This document shows, piece by piece, positions 11,528-24,448 of a stretch of DNA of 64,000 nucleotides. The notes under the pieces were generated by a model. It did no database searches. It had not been told where the DNA came from and was given only the letters and a program-made list of their open reading frames with translations. Positions within the stretch are counted from its first letter, which is position 1; the number at the start of each line of letters is the position of its first letter. The position numbers and the translations under genes are program-made. Source of the stretch: Marsupella aquatica (Eukaryota > Plantae > Marchantiophyta); NCBI GenBank assembly GCA_973895155.1, contig OZ316891.1, forward strand, positions 5,861,708 to 5,925,707, in the 5' to 3' direction.

Positions 11528-13469
11528 CCTGCAGATGAGACATGGATGAACGGATCCCAAAGTACTCGCTACTGACTCCTTACACACGATTGTATCGGCT
11601 GACACAAGGATCAGAAATTGTACTCCGTAACTGACGATTCAGCTGACACACGGATGAGAAAATGTTTTCCTGAGTAACGACGTACGGAGTCTTTACCATT
11701 TAGTTAGGGATAGGATCATGATTGATTTTCTATGACAGGCAAACAACAACAGGAAATGACGTGTCTCTTCTAATTTTAGTTTTTTAGGGTATTGCGGCTA
11801 AACATTTTGAGGATAAATAAATAAGCGCCAGAAAACTCGTTTTTAAATTTATTATGACAATGAAAGGCTGGATGAGAGAGGTAGCAGTACCCCTGGATAT
11901 GTTAGTCTGTGAGGGGGATTCTGTGAGGGGAAGAATGTCGTAGTTGAAGATCTTTGATAGCTTTTTTCAATTGCACCAGTACTTGATTTGTTCATAGTTT
12001 CCAAATGCTCGAGACTACTGTATATAAATTTTAATTGCCACATTTCTAGAAGCAAGAAAACCTCGAACTTTCACATTGGATCCCATTCTCATGCTTAATT
12101 CGAGCACAGAAATCTTGCAAAGTCTGAAGATCGGATTAAGCATGAGAATGGGTGACAAATTATTGTAAGTAGGTTGGTCCAAGTAAATATGCTTAGAAGT
12201 CATCGAAAGAGTACAAAACCCATGAGAGGAGCTCCTACTCAACAAACCTGCAGTACTCCGAGCAGCTTTAGCTGTCATTGAGATATTCTTAGAGGCGCGA
12301 ACTCTTTATCCAGCAGCAGATTAAGCAAACCTAACTTGTCTGCAGAGAAGATCAGTAGACGAACAGCCAAGGTCTGAAGCAATACGTACGTGCATGTGAA
12401 GAGCACCCCCCAGAGCAGCCTGCCCACAAGTAAGGAGCCTACCAAGGTGGTGGGCATGGGCGATCAAACCACCTGGCCTATGCTTTCACAAACCTAAGTG
12501 TGAAGAGCAAACAAGCGGACATGCAACCAATAATCTAGGTGAGAGGCTCTAGGAGCAAAGAGCAGCCTGGCAGAAGGGAAGGGGGTACCGAGGTGGTTGG
12601 CAAGGGTGATGATATCATCTAGGTTCCATAAATTTATTGGCTGATGGATCGAAGATACGATTGAGAGCCCGCACGGATAATTGAACTTAGCAGCGCGCAG
12701 CACATACTGGTGCCATACTTGAAGACAAACACGAATGTAGGGAGTATCTCGATCTAGCAGCAGCGCTGGTGCCCTCTGGTGCCATACCAGCCTTAACTTT
12801 GTACTCAAGAAATGGGATCCTATGGACTTCTGGATTTGGGACCTCAAAGCTGAGAGCTGCGCCATCTGTAGAAAAGTATAGTGGGTCCTTTGCGCTGAGT
12901 GACAGGCTAGTTTATCTACAACAATCAACAGTGCCAAGTGACTAATTGCAACTATATATATGCTCAATTATATAATGTCCATTCCCATATGCATTGTATC
13001 TCTCTGCGGCTGAAGAGGCGAGTGATACAAGTGTCTCTACATAATAGCAAAAGGGAGCTTGCACAGATTGATCGAGTATGTAGACCCAAGTACTAGGTGT
13101 CAAGTCTGGTTCCTTCAATACTGTTGGCTATGGTACGTGCCTTAAGACCGTTATCAGGAAATTGGTTTCTGAGTACACCGTCCACATAATATAATAGCAC
13201 AAGAACTTGTCTTGGGTTTCATTTGTCTTCTTCAGGGCTAGGAAGGGACAGTCACATTTGGAGATGAAGAAGTCAGTAATTTCCCCTTGTGACATGACAT
13301 CGATCATACTATTTGTCATATTAATTATAACGTACTACTGTGTTCTGAAATTGTTTGCCTCAATTTATAAGGTTTTTTCCCTGGCGTCTACCCAAGCTAT
13401 CCAAGTTTTGTATAGACGAGCCTGAATGCCCATTTTTTGAATTCAAATGGAAATCAGGACAACAAGCAT

Positions 13470-13610
13470 GCATGATTATCATTTGACATACATCATATCC
13501 ATTCATGAGTCTTTCCATCCATACAGTGGGGCCATAAAATTATGGTCTAGAGGCTTCACTCTGGAAACCTAAACCCCAACTCTAGTTTGGGGTTTGCACT
13601 TTATAAATAT
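13470..13610. repeat. Dispersed repeat, inverted copy at ~34010-34146
   Basis: CATGATTATCATTTGACAT...TATGGTCTAGAGGCTTCACTCT...CCCCAACTCTAG matches the reverse complement of 34010-34146. Confidence 0.7.
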
Positions 13611-13937
13611 TAAGATGTTGTTTGATGCTGTTGTAAGTATAAATTTCTCTGTGTTGGTCAAGTGCAAGCTAGAAGGGTAATAAAGGAGGCACAAAGGACT
13701 AGCTCAAAAAGGAGAGGGAAAGGACTAGGAATGCCATTAAAATTTAGTTGAGCACATTGCCAAAAAGGTTAAGCACGCTTCCAAAAGATTTGGGACACTT
13801 AAAAAATGTTGTGTACACTTCCAAAAAGATTGGGCACACTTGCAAGATCTAACCTTTCAATCTCATCAAAACAATCCTTACCATTCCATGTAACATTTTG
13901 GTCTTTTTGTCCTCTAGTGATTATTTTGAATATGAAC

Positions 13938-14226
13938 CTCGGGGGTTTCACTTCCACAAAAATGGCACATCACGTGTGACGGAGGATAGGGTCGTTTTAT
14001 TGGTTTGAAGGGAAGATTTAAGAATTTTTGTAGAAGAACAAGAGTGTCTTTTAAATTCAATTTTGAGACTTATAAGAACATTAGGGTCTTTCTAACCAAA
14101 TATATTCCAAGAATATTCCAACTTTATAGGGATTGAATTTTTTTTTTTTTTTAACATTTTAGGGGGTCCGAGGCCTAAAAACGTCGCAAGGGATGGGGGA
14201 GGCATCCATATAGTGAGACCCCCGAG
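13938..14226 (+). mobile_element. MITE, ~290 bp, 14-bp TIRs and 8-bp TSD (hAT-like TSD length)
   Basis: TIRs CTCGGGGGTTTCAC ... GTGAGACCCCCGAG. Flanks ATATGAAC (13930-13937) and ATAAGAAC (14227-14234). A homologous inverted copy lies at 41073-41342. Confidence 0.8.
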
Positions 14227-17200
14227 ATAAGAACCCATGTACTTTTTGTGGAGAAAATGGAGATCCTTTTAGCCCGGGTACACAACTCTTGTATAATAGC
14301 AGGGGTCTACATTTTTATATGGACTAAAAATTAGTTATGAGAAAAATTAAAATTTGGAAAACTTGGGTTTGTTGTGCAGTTAGTTTTGTGTTTTGATGAC
14401 TTGTGAAATATAAGATCTAGAAGTCTATTGCAACTTCAGGCATTTAGCAATTATCTAGTCAGTCTTTCAGAATGCCCCTAATGAAGCCTACATCTAGTTT
14501 GGAACTATCTACACAAAGTGCAGTTTATACATGTGTGTCACAATAATAAGTTTTGGCACATACAAGCTTCTTATTTGGAGAGAAGCACAAATATGCAAAG
14601 AGATGTTGAAACTTATGCTATAAATTTGACCTACTTTGGAACCATTTCATCCTTGATCATGCCTTTTGGAGTAAAGGCTGGGAATTAACCACCAATCAAT
14701 AATTTCACTAATTCTGAAAATTCTTTTTTCCAAAGTGGCTCGGTGAAATTTCCAAATAGTATAGATCAATTGTCCAAAACTTGGAACTGGAATTTCCAGA
14801 ACATTGTTTCAAGTTTCCTAAAGTCCAATCAAAATTTCCAAATCCATGTAGTCCTGCATGTCTGTAGCATTCACTTTTGGCATAAGAATTTGGTGGAGAT
14901 ATGTCACACATGACCGGGCACATGACTAATATCACAGAATCAAGGCTTTGAAATTAAATGCACTATTTCATTATTAGTCACTAACAGGCATAGAGAAGTC
15001 CATAACATTTCTATAAGTCCTTGTAATAGAGCGCTATGAATATCCTAGAACATCCCATCAATTATGTTGTACAAATCTCCAACTTCCTACATAATGATCC
15101 TAGAATGTCCCTCACTCTAGGCTCTATAATACATATTTGAGCAAGTAACTTTACTTTATGACTTAGTTATTAACCTTTTTATCTCGGTTGCAAGCTAGCG
15201 TCTCTAGGAAACAAGTTTTTAAAATTAGAAGCAAGGTCCATAGTTTTTGAACTTCCCAAACAAATCCCCACTTACTTGCGTATATGGGCCAGAATGACCA
15301 TCAAGTAGAGCCTTTGCCATGTCATTGATGTTATGTTCACTCAAATCCTCCATCGATGGACCACATTGCACAATATTCCTTACATCCCAAGAAATCTTGT
15401 CTGCCGTGTGATCAATCAAGGACGGTAAAATTATCCCTAATGCCAACAACTTGGTGCCCCAAGATTAAGTGAGTCCCACAAAGATAGTGCACGCTCACTA
15501 AAGATGCCAAATTAGTGGTTTGCATGAGAGCCATGGGATTGATAAAGACATGATGCAAAGTGGATGCCAAACTGTGCATGTTTGTTGTTGATACAACAAA
15601 CAATTAATTAAAGACATCCCCCAAACCATGCACTAAACACGCTCATAAGACTGTGTCTCAGTTATTGGACATGGTGGCCAGGTGGGCACTATGGCAGAAT
15701 AGAGTAATCATCAGGGTAATCATTAGAGATCTATGGTTCTCAATGCGGAAGGCAAACAAAGAATCTTCCTTGAGAATGCTGTATAGAACGTGTGGGAAGA
15801 TGGAGGTAGCCAGATACCTGCTAAGAGCTTGTCAGGTGAAGGTTATGCACATTGTATTATCGATCCAGGGGCTTTGGGTTTACATATGACATGTTTGTTG
15901 ACTTGTGCAACTCCTTATCAAACATTTTTCAAACATGTGTGTTAATCTGAATGAAGTTCAGCCCAAGTACCCCATCAATTTTTGAGGTATTACATACTCT
16001 AAATCCCTGGGTGCCACCTCAGACACATGCATGAACGCCTCCAATTAGACTACATCCTCGAAATACCCCAGAAATACCCCCACACAAGTGGGATATGGAC
16101 CATCCTCACATAAGGGAATTGGATGGTGTGCATAAATTGGATGGTTGCAATACACATTATCCAGAATAAATGCATGGGTGCCATCTAGACACCTGGGTGC
16201 CTCCAACTAGACCACATCCCAAAATACCCTCAAAAATACCCCCAGCGGTATCACTAGATATGTAGGTTGAAGACACCATTTAGTGGATGATAATGGGAGA
16301 AAAACACACCATTCAAGAATCACCCTGGCCGCACTAAAGTGGAATGGTTGTACATAGGGTAAATTGCCTGGAAGTACATAGGGGAAAGATTGAAATACAC
16401 AAAATGTAATATTAATTATAGCCTCGTACATGTGGGTTTACATAGGTGATTTGGCAGGAATCCCTACTTCTTTGTTATCAAACAATGAATTCCCAGCAAA
16501 ATATTGGGAAATTCCCTGCACTAGTACCATGCATACCCTCCTAGTGTTTATGATATTATTTATCAGGTGTTGTGAGATGACATTCAAATTTGGATTGATG
16601 GAAGTCTATATATTTAACAAACATACTATATGTCGGTAATAATCATCAAACATTCTAGCATTAATTTTAGACTTTGAAGCTTTCCTTATACATGTCCTTC
16701 CAACTGGACTTCAAACACACTTGAAAGTACTTGTCATGCCATAGGTCCTAATCATTTCAGAACTCAAAATGACTTCAAAACATGCATAATGTTACTTAGA
16801 CAATTAAACTTTATCACCTTGTAGCCTACCTTAGTCCTTGACACTTGTGGATAGACAGATCGAAGTAAGGAAGTGGTGCGTTAGGCCTTAAATACCTAGT
16901 TAGTCTTTCCCTATAACCCACCATTTGGCCCTGAGGGAGGAAGGAAGGAATGACTTACTGAATTATGGGCTACACAACCCAATTTCATGGGTATCATAGT
17001 GGGGGAATCATTAAATTTCATGTATTAATTTAAGATTGAATAAAAATATCCAGGACATATTAACGGGGTTTTGCTGCCCCCACCACTCCCGATTAGAAAT
17101 TGACCAAACGGCTCAGATTTTGCCAAAGATTCTTGGAGATTGAAGCGCTGGCTTCTTTGAAAGCGGATGGAACAGGCCGGGAACAGGCCCTGAATACTGC

Positions 17201-17821
17201 TACAGTACCTTCCTCAACAGCTCCGGGATGTAAGTATATAGTCTGAATGAATTTGACACAAAATTCGAAAGGGGCCAAATAATGCATAGTAGCTTTTTAA
17301 ATGTCATCCACTTCTAGTTTGAGTGCTTGACGCTTGCCAAGTGTAGCAATAAGAGCCCGAATAAGAGGGGTAAGTTGATGGCCCTCAACTCCCATCCTTG
17401 CTCTCCCTTTCATGCCATATCCCCCTGACAGACTAACAAATCCAGAGGTATCGGCTAACCGGGCTCTCATCCAGCCTTTCATTGTAATAACAAATTAATT
17501 TAGAGACGAGTTGCCTGGGGCTTGTTTATTTATCCTCAAAATGGTTGGCTGCGGTATACTACAAATTAAAACTAGAAGAGACAAGTCATTTCCTGTTGTT
17601 GTTTGCGTGTCATACAAATCAATCATGACCTTATCCTAACTAGGTGGTAAAGACGACACGACTTAGTTAGTCAGCAATACATTTTCTCATCCGTGTGTCA
17701 GCTGAATCGTGAGTTACTGAGTAGAATTCCTCATCCTTGTGTTAGCCGATACAATCGTGTGTAACAAGTCAGTAATAAGCACTTCGGGAGCCGTTCACCA
17801 TATATATCTCAGCTTCAGCGC

Positions 17822-17828
17822 TATATAA
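17822..17828 (+). promoter_or_regulatory. Putative TATA box of permease copy 2
   Basis: TATATAAGGACTTTGAGAAGC is shared with copy 1 and lies ~235 bp upstream of ATG 18062. Confidence 0.55.
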
Positions 17829-18061
17829 GGACTTTGAGAAGCAAACATACTCATTCTTTCCATCTTGTTTCTCTTTTGTCTCAGCAAGCTATCTGTTCCG
17901 TGTCTCCATTTTTCTTGCGCCTTCAGCTGAGGGTGTCTCCTTAATTCCTGGAGGCATTTCCTTTGTTTGTGAGCTGATAGTGGGGGGAACCTGATAGTGG
18001 GGCTTTCGTGTGTACTCTTTGTTCCAGTAGCTTATTCGTTGAAGTGGTCCAAATAGACATC

Positions 18062-19428
18062 ATGGCTGGTGGTTTGCCTGTCTCTACAAAGCCGTTAGCC
18101 GCAGGGTTTCTCAAGGGTAGAGCTCTCATCTTCCCTCTCTTCCTTATTATCTCTCTCTTCTTTCTTTGGGGTTTCTCGATGTACTCAACAAGCACTTCCA
18201 GGTAGTTCTGAATATCACCAAACTCCAATCCACAGGTCTTCAAGTGGTCTACTTTGGTGGAGGATACCTAATCTTCTCACCAATTGCAGCTGCGGTCATG
18301 AAGCGGAAGGGTTACAAAGTCACTATTCTTATGGGTTTGTGCCTTTACTCTCTCGGGGCCATCTTCTTCTGGCCCACGGCTCACTTCAGCACATACAGCC
18401 ACAGATTGATGTCCTTTGCTGGCTTTTGTGTGTGCACTCTTGTCATTGCTTGTGGCCTTGCAACTCTCGAGACTGCAGCCAATTCATATGCAGTGGTAAT
18501 TGGTGATCCGGCATCTGCCTCTGCTAGGCTACAATTTTGTCAGTCATGGAACGGTTTGGCTTCCTTCATCGGCCCCTTGATTGCCTCGAAGTTCTTCTTC
18601 AGCGGAGCAAATGCAAACAATCTGGTCAACGTTCAGTTTGTCTATCTCGCTGTGGCCTGTGCTGGTGTTGCCATTGCAGTTCTCTTCTTGGTAACCAAGC
18701 TCCCTGAAGTCTCAAATGAAATGTTGGAGTCTTCTACTGTTGAGAGCTTTGCTACGAATGAGTTTGGCGAGGAGATCAGCCAAGGCCCTATCTGGAAGCA
18801 GTACAACATGATCTTTGGCTTCATTGCTCAGTTTTGTTATGTGGGAGCTCAAGTCACTGCTGCCTCGTTCTTTATCAACTACGCTACCGAGAATGCAAGC
18901 TTCACCTCGTCTAAGGCCTCCAACTTGTTGTCGTATGCTCTCATGACCTTCACGGTGGGCCGATTTATAGCCACAGCACTGGCAACTATATTCCAGGCAG
19001 ATTTTTTGCTCATGGTTTATGCTTCCGCAGCCATTGCATTCAACGCTTACGTTTGCGTAGGCTCTGGGCAAGCGGCTGTGGGTATTCTGATTGCTCTATT
19101 CTTCTTTGAAGCACCCATGTATCCCACCATCTTTGCCCTGGGTACAGCAAACCTTGGTAGGCACACCCGCAGCGCAGCTGGTATCTTGGTCATGGGCGTC
19201 TCTGGTGGCGCAGTCTTTCCTCCAATTCAAGGTGCCATTGCAGATCGAAACACCACCAAAATTTCCTACCTGGTTCCCTTGGTCGGTTTCATCTACGTCC
19301 TCTGCTATGTGACCTTTCACTGGTCCAACCATGGAAGGCACATTCTGCGAGTCAAGGAGGTTTCCGCACCTGATGTTACTAGTGTTGCACCAGTCCAACA
19401 AGAACAGTCTGGAGACTCTCTTCCTTGA
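18062..19428 (+). pseudogene. FucP-type permease copy 2, frameshifted by a 13-bp deletion at 18178/18179
   Basis: Copy 1 reads GGTTTCTCG-TATGGACTTCTCG-ATGTACTC and copy 2 reads GGTTTCTCG-ATGTACTC. The ATG 18062 frame stops at 18205; the remaining frame is open to TGA 19428. Confidence 0.85.
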
Positions 19429-20156
19429 GCCGATGAAGGCTAGCAGCACATTAAGTGTACCTACTCGGAACCAGTAGATGTTTTCGAAGTGCACTTGATT
19501 AATTAATTGTAGGAATCAGGCTGTACATAGCTTTGCTTTTTGTGTATATTTTCGATGGGATGGAAGCTGCATGTAATGCAGTGGACTTGGAGATGGATGC
19601 ACCAGAATTAGATGGCTATCACTCTCCAGTTTTTTAGGGTATTCAATTCAAAAACATACCGCGGCTTTTTTTTTATGTTCACTTTTGTCAACCTGAGACA
19701 GAATTGGCATGCTAGCTCGATCCGGGGCAGGGCTCGATCGACCTAATGTATACAACGCAAGTTTCAATACATAAATTATCCGTGCGTTTCCGCAAACCTA
19801 ATAGTCGATCAGATGTCACAAGCTTCTAAAATCAATTGTAAAAGTCATTTCACATCCCAATTAATATATGAGAACTTGCATGATCTCTGAACTTTGCCTT
19901 CACTTAGTCCTCGGGGTCACCACTCCCTTCGTGGCACATTCTTCAGGGTGCGACTCTCATCATTGCCTCTCCTCAGACTCCAGTATTACATATGGATAGG
20001 CATATATTGTTGAAAGGTCCCACTGCTCGAGATCGACTTTGCCACCAGCTAGTCAGTATTTGGGTTACTCGGGTTGATTTCTGGTAGCTTTTGCAGTTCT
20101 TGCCGATTGTGTTGGATGTTGGTCGTACTTTTCTGTTGGTGTGAGCCTTGTCCTTT

Positions 20157-22295
20157 GTGACATTGACTGCTTTTCATCCACCAGGGAATCAACTTGAGCT
20201 TCAATTGCTTTGTGGATATGCTAGTGCTGCCAATCACAAGGCAAAACTGTCATGTCCCCATCAAATTTATCCTACCATATGTGGGCCTTTTAGCTAGTTT
20301 ATTAATGTTGGCGTTTCTAAATCCTACCTACAAAAACGAAAATCCTAGAGGATTTGTATGTTCCCTGGTAATAAGTGGGGTTTGCCAAATCCCTCGTGTT
20401 CATCTAGGGATTTGTACACTTACCTACAAACACCAAAACTGCCCAGAATCTATAAATAATGTCAATGAGTTCTAAATGGGTAATGATGCATGAAATGGAT
20501 GCTTGCACTCTATTACAAAATTTCCGACATTGCTATATGATTGCTATATATGATCAAACCATTGTTAGGTTATTTTTTCCATGTTTTTTAGCATCAATTA
20601 CAGTTTTAATGTACTCTTACAATAAGACATTTATCAGAATAGTTACCCTATGGATGATTTCCAAACCCCTTTTGCCAAAAAATAATCCTTGCTTTTGATT
20701 TATTTGTTTTACCCCTTTTAGAGAAAAGTCAGGTTAGATATAAAGCCAATCCCCAACAATGGCGGTCCGAGACATAAGTATTGCAATGGCTTTTTTCGCA
20801 AAGCCTTTGATCTGGCTGCAGTTGGCTCGTTTCTTAAGTTTGTGTTCAGTCTTTAAGACGCCCAAGCACTTAACACTCTGTCAGGGAATTGAACATTGAT
20901 CGAATGTTCAGTGAACACTGGACAGCCTTCCAAGCAGAGTAAACCCATCTAAACCCACCACTCTAGAAATGTACAAATTATTGGCCACAACATTTACGGA
21001 GGAGCTAGGCCGAGCTGTGCTCCCCCTCTTGAAGACAAAGACAATACACAGCCGGGAGTAAAAAACTAGCTGAACACGCTGAGGTCCACGTGTAGAGCCG
21101 AGAGTTTCAAAATACGCACAATACAGCACAATACACTGAGACTGAGAGCACGGGCAGTTGTGTCTGCATGATCGAGAAGAACAAGTTCCAATCCAATAGG
21201 TTCAAAGCTTCTGCACTACATAGCTCAATATATAGTAGGAGTTCATTCACTTCAATTTCTCCAGAGTGCAGTCTCGATGAAGCCCACTAAAGCATGTGAC
21301 AACAAAACAGCGAGCAGAATATAAGTCGATCAATTCAATCATTCATCCAACATGATTGCCATGACCAACAAGGATATCAACTCACAAGTGGGGGAGCACT
21401 TCGGGACTCTTAGTGCCTCCCTGGCCTTCAACGTCATAGAATTCCAAACCCAACAGATTCCCTAGCTTGAAGCTGCAACAGCTCCATCCACCAAATTTTT
21501 GTAAGCTTTGACAGTAAACAACTAGTCTCGATCAATACAGCCACTGAATTGCCAGCAGCCTGTCCATAGCCGGCTGAAAAACCAAGTAGCAAAGCAAAAA
21601 AATTTGAATAACATTTGGAGGCCAATACAGCACACAGCATCGAGCAGAGCACCAAACACATAGCAGCAAATTAAAACAAGCAGCACCGAGCACAAGCCCC
21701 AGCAGCCCGAGGCCAAATTGCTCCAAACTACCTAAGGCCAAAATAGTACAAAACACCGAGCAAAAAGAGCAGGCAAAACCAAGGCTGAATCCTACCAAGC
21801 ATGGTCCAAAGGAGAGAGCCCGAGCAGCCTACGGCCAAAAGAATAGCTAGCACAAAGAGGACCGAGCAGTAGCGAGAATGAGAAGACCACCAAGCAGCAG
21901 CAGCACTGAGCAGCTCGCATCCAGCAGCATCATGCAAGCAGCTCGCAGCATCCAGCAGCATCATGCAAGCAACTCGCAGCATCCAGCAGCATCGATCCAG
22001 CTGCGCCTAGGGAGCCCCACAGCAAGCTCCCCACTGAAGTTCAGCCCCATCGCGAGCTCTCTCTCCACACACCACATCTATCTGAGCAGCATCCAGCAGC
22101 AACGAGTTCTGATCAAGCAAGTGACTCGGGCCAAGGACAGTGAGAGCACATGCACTCTTGAGCATGGACTTACATCAAGTAGTGACTCGATCCGAGCACC
22201 GTTGCGAGAGACAGAGAGACAGTGAGAGCACAGCTGGAGCATGAACTAACGTCGAGCAGCGAGTAGGTACGTAGCTTTTAGCATTGAAAGATGCA
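20157..22295. mobile_element. ~2.1 kb insertion present only in the right arm; unclassified, containing a dispersed repeat and a CAG-rich tract
   Basis: Absent from the left arm. CCTTT lies on both sides (20152-20156 and 22296-22300), a possible TSD. 20260-20520 resembles 24630-24900, and a GCA/CAG-rich tract spans 21850-22260. No TE coding domain was recognised. Confidence 0.55.
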
Positions 22296-24163
22296 CCTTT
22301 TGTACACTTCTAAAGACCTCTGACTACTACTTTTATGGGCCATACCACAATGATCTGTCACTACAGAATTGCAGCTGATTATGGAGAGACTCTAGTTCCT
22401 GAAGGACCTGCTAGCTTCGGGTTTAGAATTTGGGTTAGGTCTAATCCCTAAACCTAAACCAAACTTTAAACCATATATAGTCCCCGCTACTTTCTAACCA
22501 ACAGATAGCTCAAAGGGTATCCCTCTAAGGTATTCACAATGGTTGTACGTAGCAGCCCTGCAACTTCTTTTCAAGTCTTGCATATGCATCTTCATTACGG
22601 TACCTGAAACAGGTTGCTTTAGGCTTCGGCCAGTAGTATGGTGTAGGTCTCAAACCAAGAACATGAGTGCTCTTGCAATGAATTATCCTTCAATTTCTTA
22701 GCGCTTTGTCGCAACCATTTTATTGCACCCAAAAAACTACTATACAACGATTTCCTCTATGCTTACCTCTGCAACCAAAATAAACTCGTTGTTACAGATG
22801 CGGAGAGGAATTAAGATGTCACTGGTCATGCACTCCAAGTAATCTGAACCCGCACCATCCTTTGACACAGTAGACGCGCATGTTGAGTTCCTCCCCCAGT
22901 GTCAGGCAGGATAATATATATTGTAATCTCAGGAGACATGGAGAATTGCAGGTGTGATCTCCAAAAATAATCAATCATTGTAACCAACCAGAGGATAATC
23001 GGAGAGGCTTGGGGGCCAAATGGAGCAATTCTAGAGGATGTTGCTGCTGAGTAATTTTCTTTACACTTACTACATGCCCGAGTATGTGACTATTGTATAA
23101 TAGACAAGGGTCTACATTTTAATATGGACTAAAGACTTGAATTTTAAAAAAAATAATTTAAAACAACTTTGGTTTTCCACTTTTATAATGTTTGAAGCCA
23201 TATAAAAGGTTTGGTTTTCTTATTTTCCACATAACAGAAAATATTCCTAAACTTGTTGTAATTTTTATTAAAATATTTTGCATATTTCAATAAAAATCCC
23301 CCAAAGCTGGCTAGTTTGGTTGTAGACCCCTGTATTAAAAAACCATACACTTTGGTTTTGATCAACTTTTTCCATATCAAAACAAGTTCAATTTTTTAAA
23401 GTTACATTTTAGTTTGGATTATTTAATTTAATAGACTAAATTTAGGGTTTATAAATTAATAAAATTATGATGAGCTTCTCAACCGCTTAAAACTAGGCTT
23501 GACGTTGGGTAATTTGGGGGGGGGGGGCTCTGTTGTCCTGCCGAAACTACATATGCCTCGAGATTATATTCATGGGAACACATAAGAGAGCTTAATTGAA
23601 CTCTAAGCCCATCAGTCGTACCAAGGTTCCATAGTGTAAGCTCTTGTCATCTCTCAAGTAGCTCTATAATAATGAGCCTTAGTTTCACTTATTCTAGCAA
23701 GCACCACTTAGGATATAGTGTGCAATGAACTTAGTTAGCCTAGCTACACTTATATTATAACCCTAGACGTAAGAGTAAACAATGTAAAATTATATTTTAA
23801 TAGTTTTCTCCAATTGGAACTAGTAGACATAAATTTTCTTCCAATGTGTGTGATCCGTAGTTCATTGATTTGGAGTGCATCATATCTACAGTCCACTTGA
23901 TAGTGAATCCACCATGCCCAACCTGAGTCTTCCAATTGCATCCAAATCCCGATCCAAATGATGCAATTGCTCTGTATGATTTTGCCAAAAACAAAATTGT
24001 TTAATCATAATATAGAGTAAGTAGATTCCAATGTTATTTCATGTATCTTTCAAGTATGTGATTGCTATGAAAGGATTTTGAACCCGACCGCAATATTTCT
24101 AGGTGATTATAGTTATTGATGGATCAGATTAGATTGACTACAACGTAATTGTCTGCGTGCTAC

Positions 24164-24448
24164 GTCGGGGGGTTCACCTTATGAAACTGTTGTATACCAT
24201 GTGCAAACGCCCCTATTTAATCACTCTCTCAAACAAGAATAGGAAGCTCCGGGGGAAGCTCAAAAAACTCACCAATCATTTATTGACAGGTGGCAAGCAA
24301 TGAATCATGTGATGACAATTGACACATTTTGAATTGTTACCCCCTTATTTCCTCGTTACTTTTAAGTACTTCCCTAAAATGAATAAAACGCCCCTTACTT
24401 CGTTCGCACATGCATGATGTCAACATTTGTGGAAGTGACCCCCCCGAG
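24164..24448. mobile_element. MITE-like element with TIRs related to the 13938/41073 family
   Basis: TCGGGGGGTTCAC...GTGACCCCCCCGAG with ~45 bp imperfect inverted ends. No clear TSD. Confidence 0.55.

Larger units (their letters stand above)
8355..11918 (-). repeat. Left arm of a large inverted segmental duplication (partner ~17420-22928)
   Basis: Reverse-complement matches by eye: 11761-11918 to 17420-17585; permease CDS to CDS; 8860-8960 to 20050-20155; 8700-8855 to 22300-22445; 8355-8700 to 22585-22928. Confidence 0.9.
17420..22928 (+). repeat. Right arm of the inverted segmental duplication, interrupted by a ~2.1 kb insertion
   Basis: See the left arm. Homology stops at ~20156 and resumes at ~22296. 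Confidence 0.9.

Noticed and set aside
12000-13100. Possible LINE or gene remnant in the spacer (ORF 12494-12967)
   Set aside because: No RT, endonuclease or other motif could be recognised; BLASTX would be needed.
18166-19428. 420-aa ORF as an intact second permease
   Set aside because: It begins at TTG with out-of-frame residues, and the true ATG (18062) is disconnected by the 13-bp deletion.
21434-22225. Gln/Ser/Ala- or Leu/Cys-rich ORFs
   Set aside because: Low-complexity CAG tract inside an insertion; no domain.
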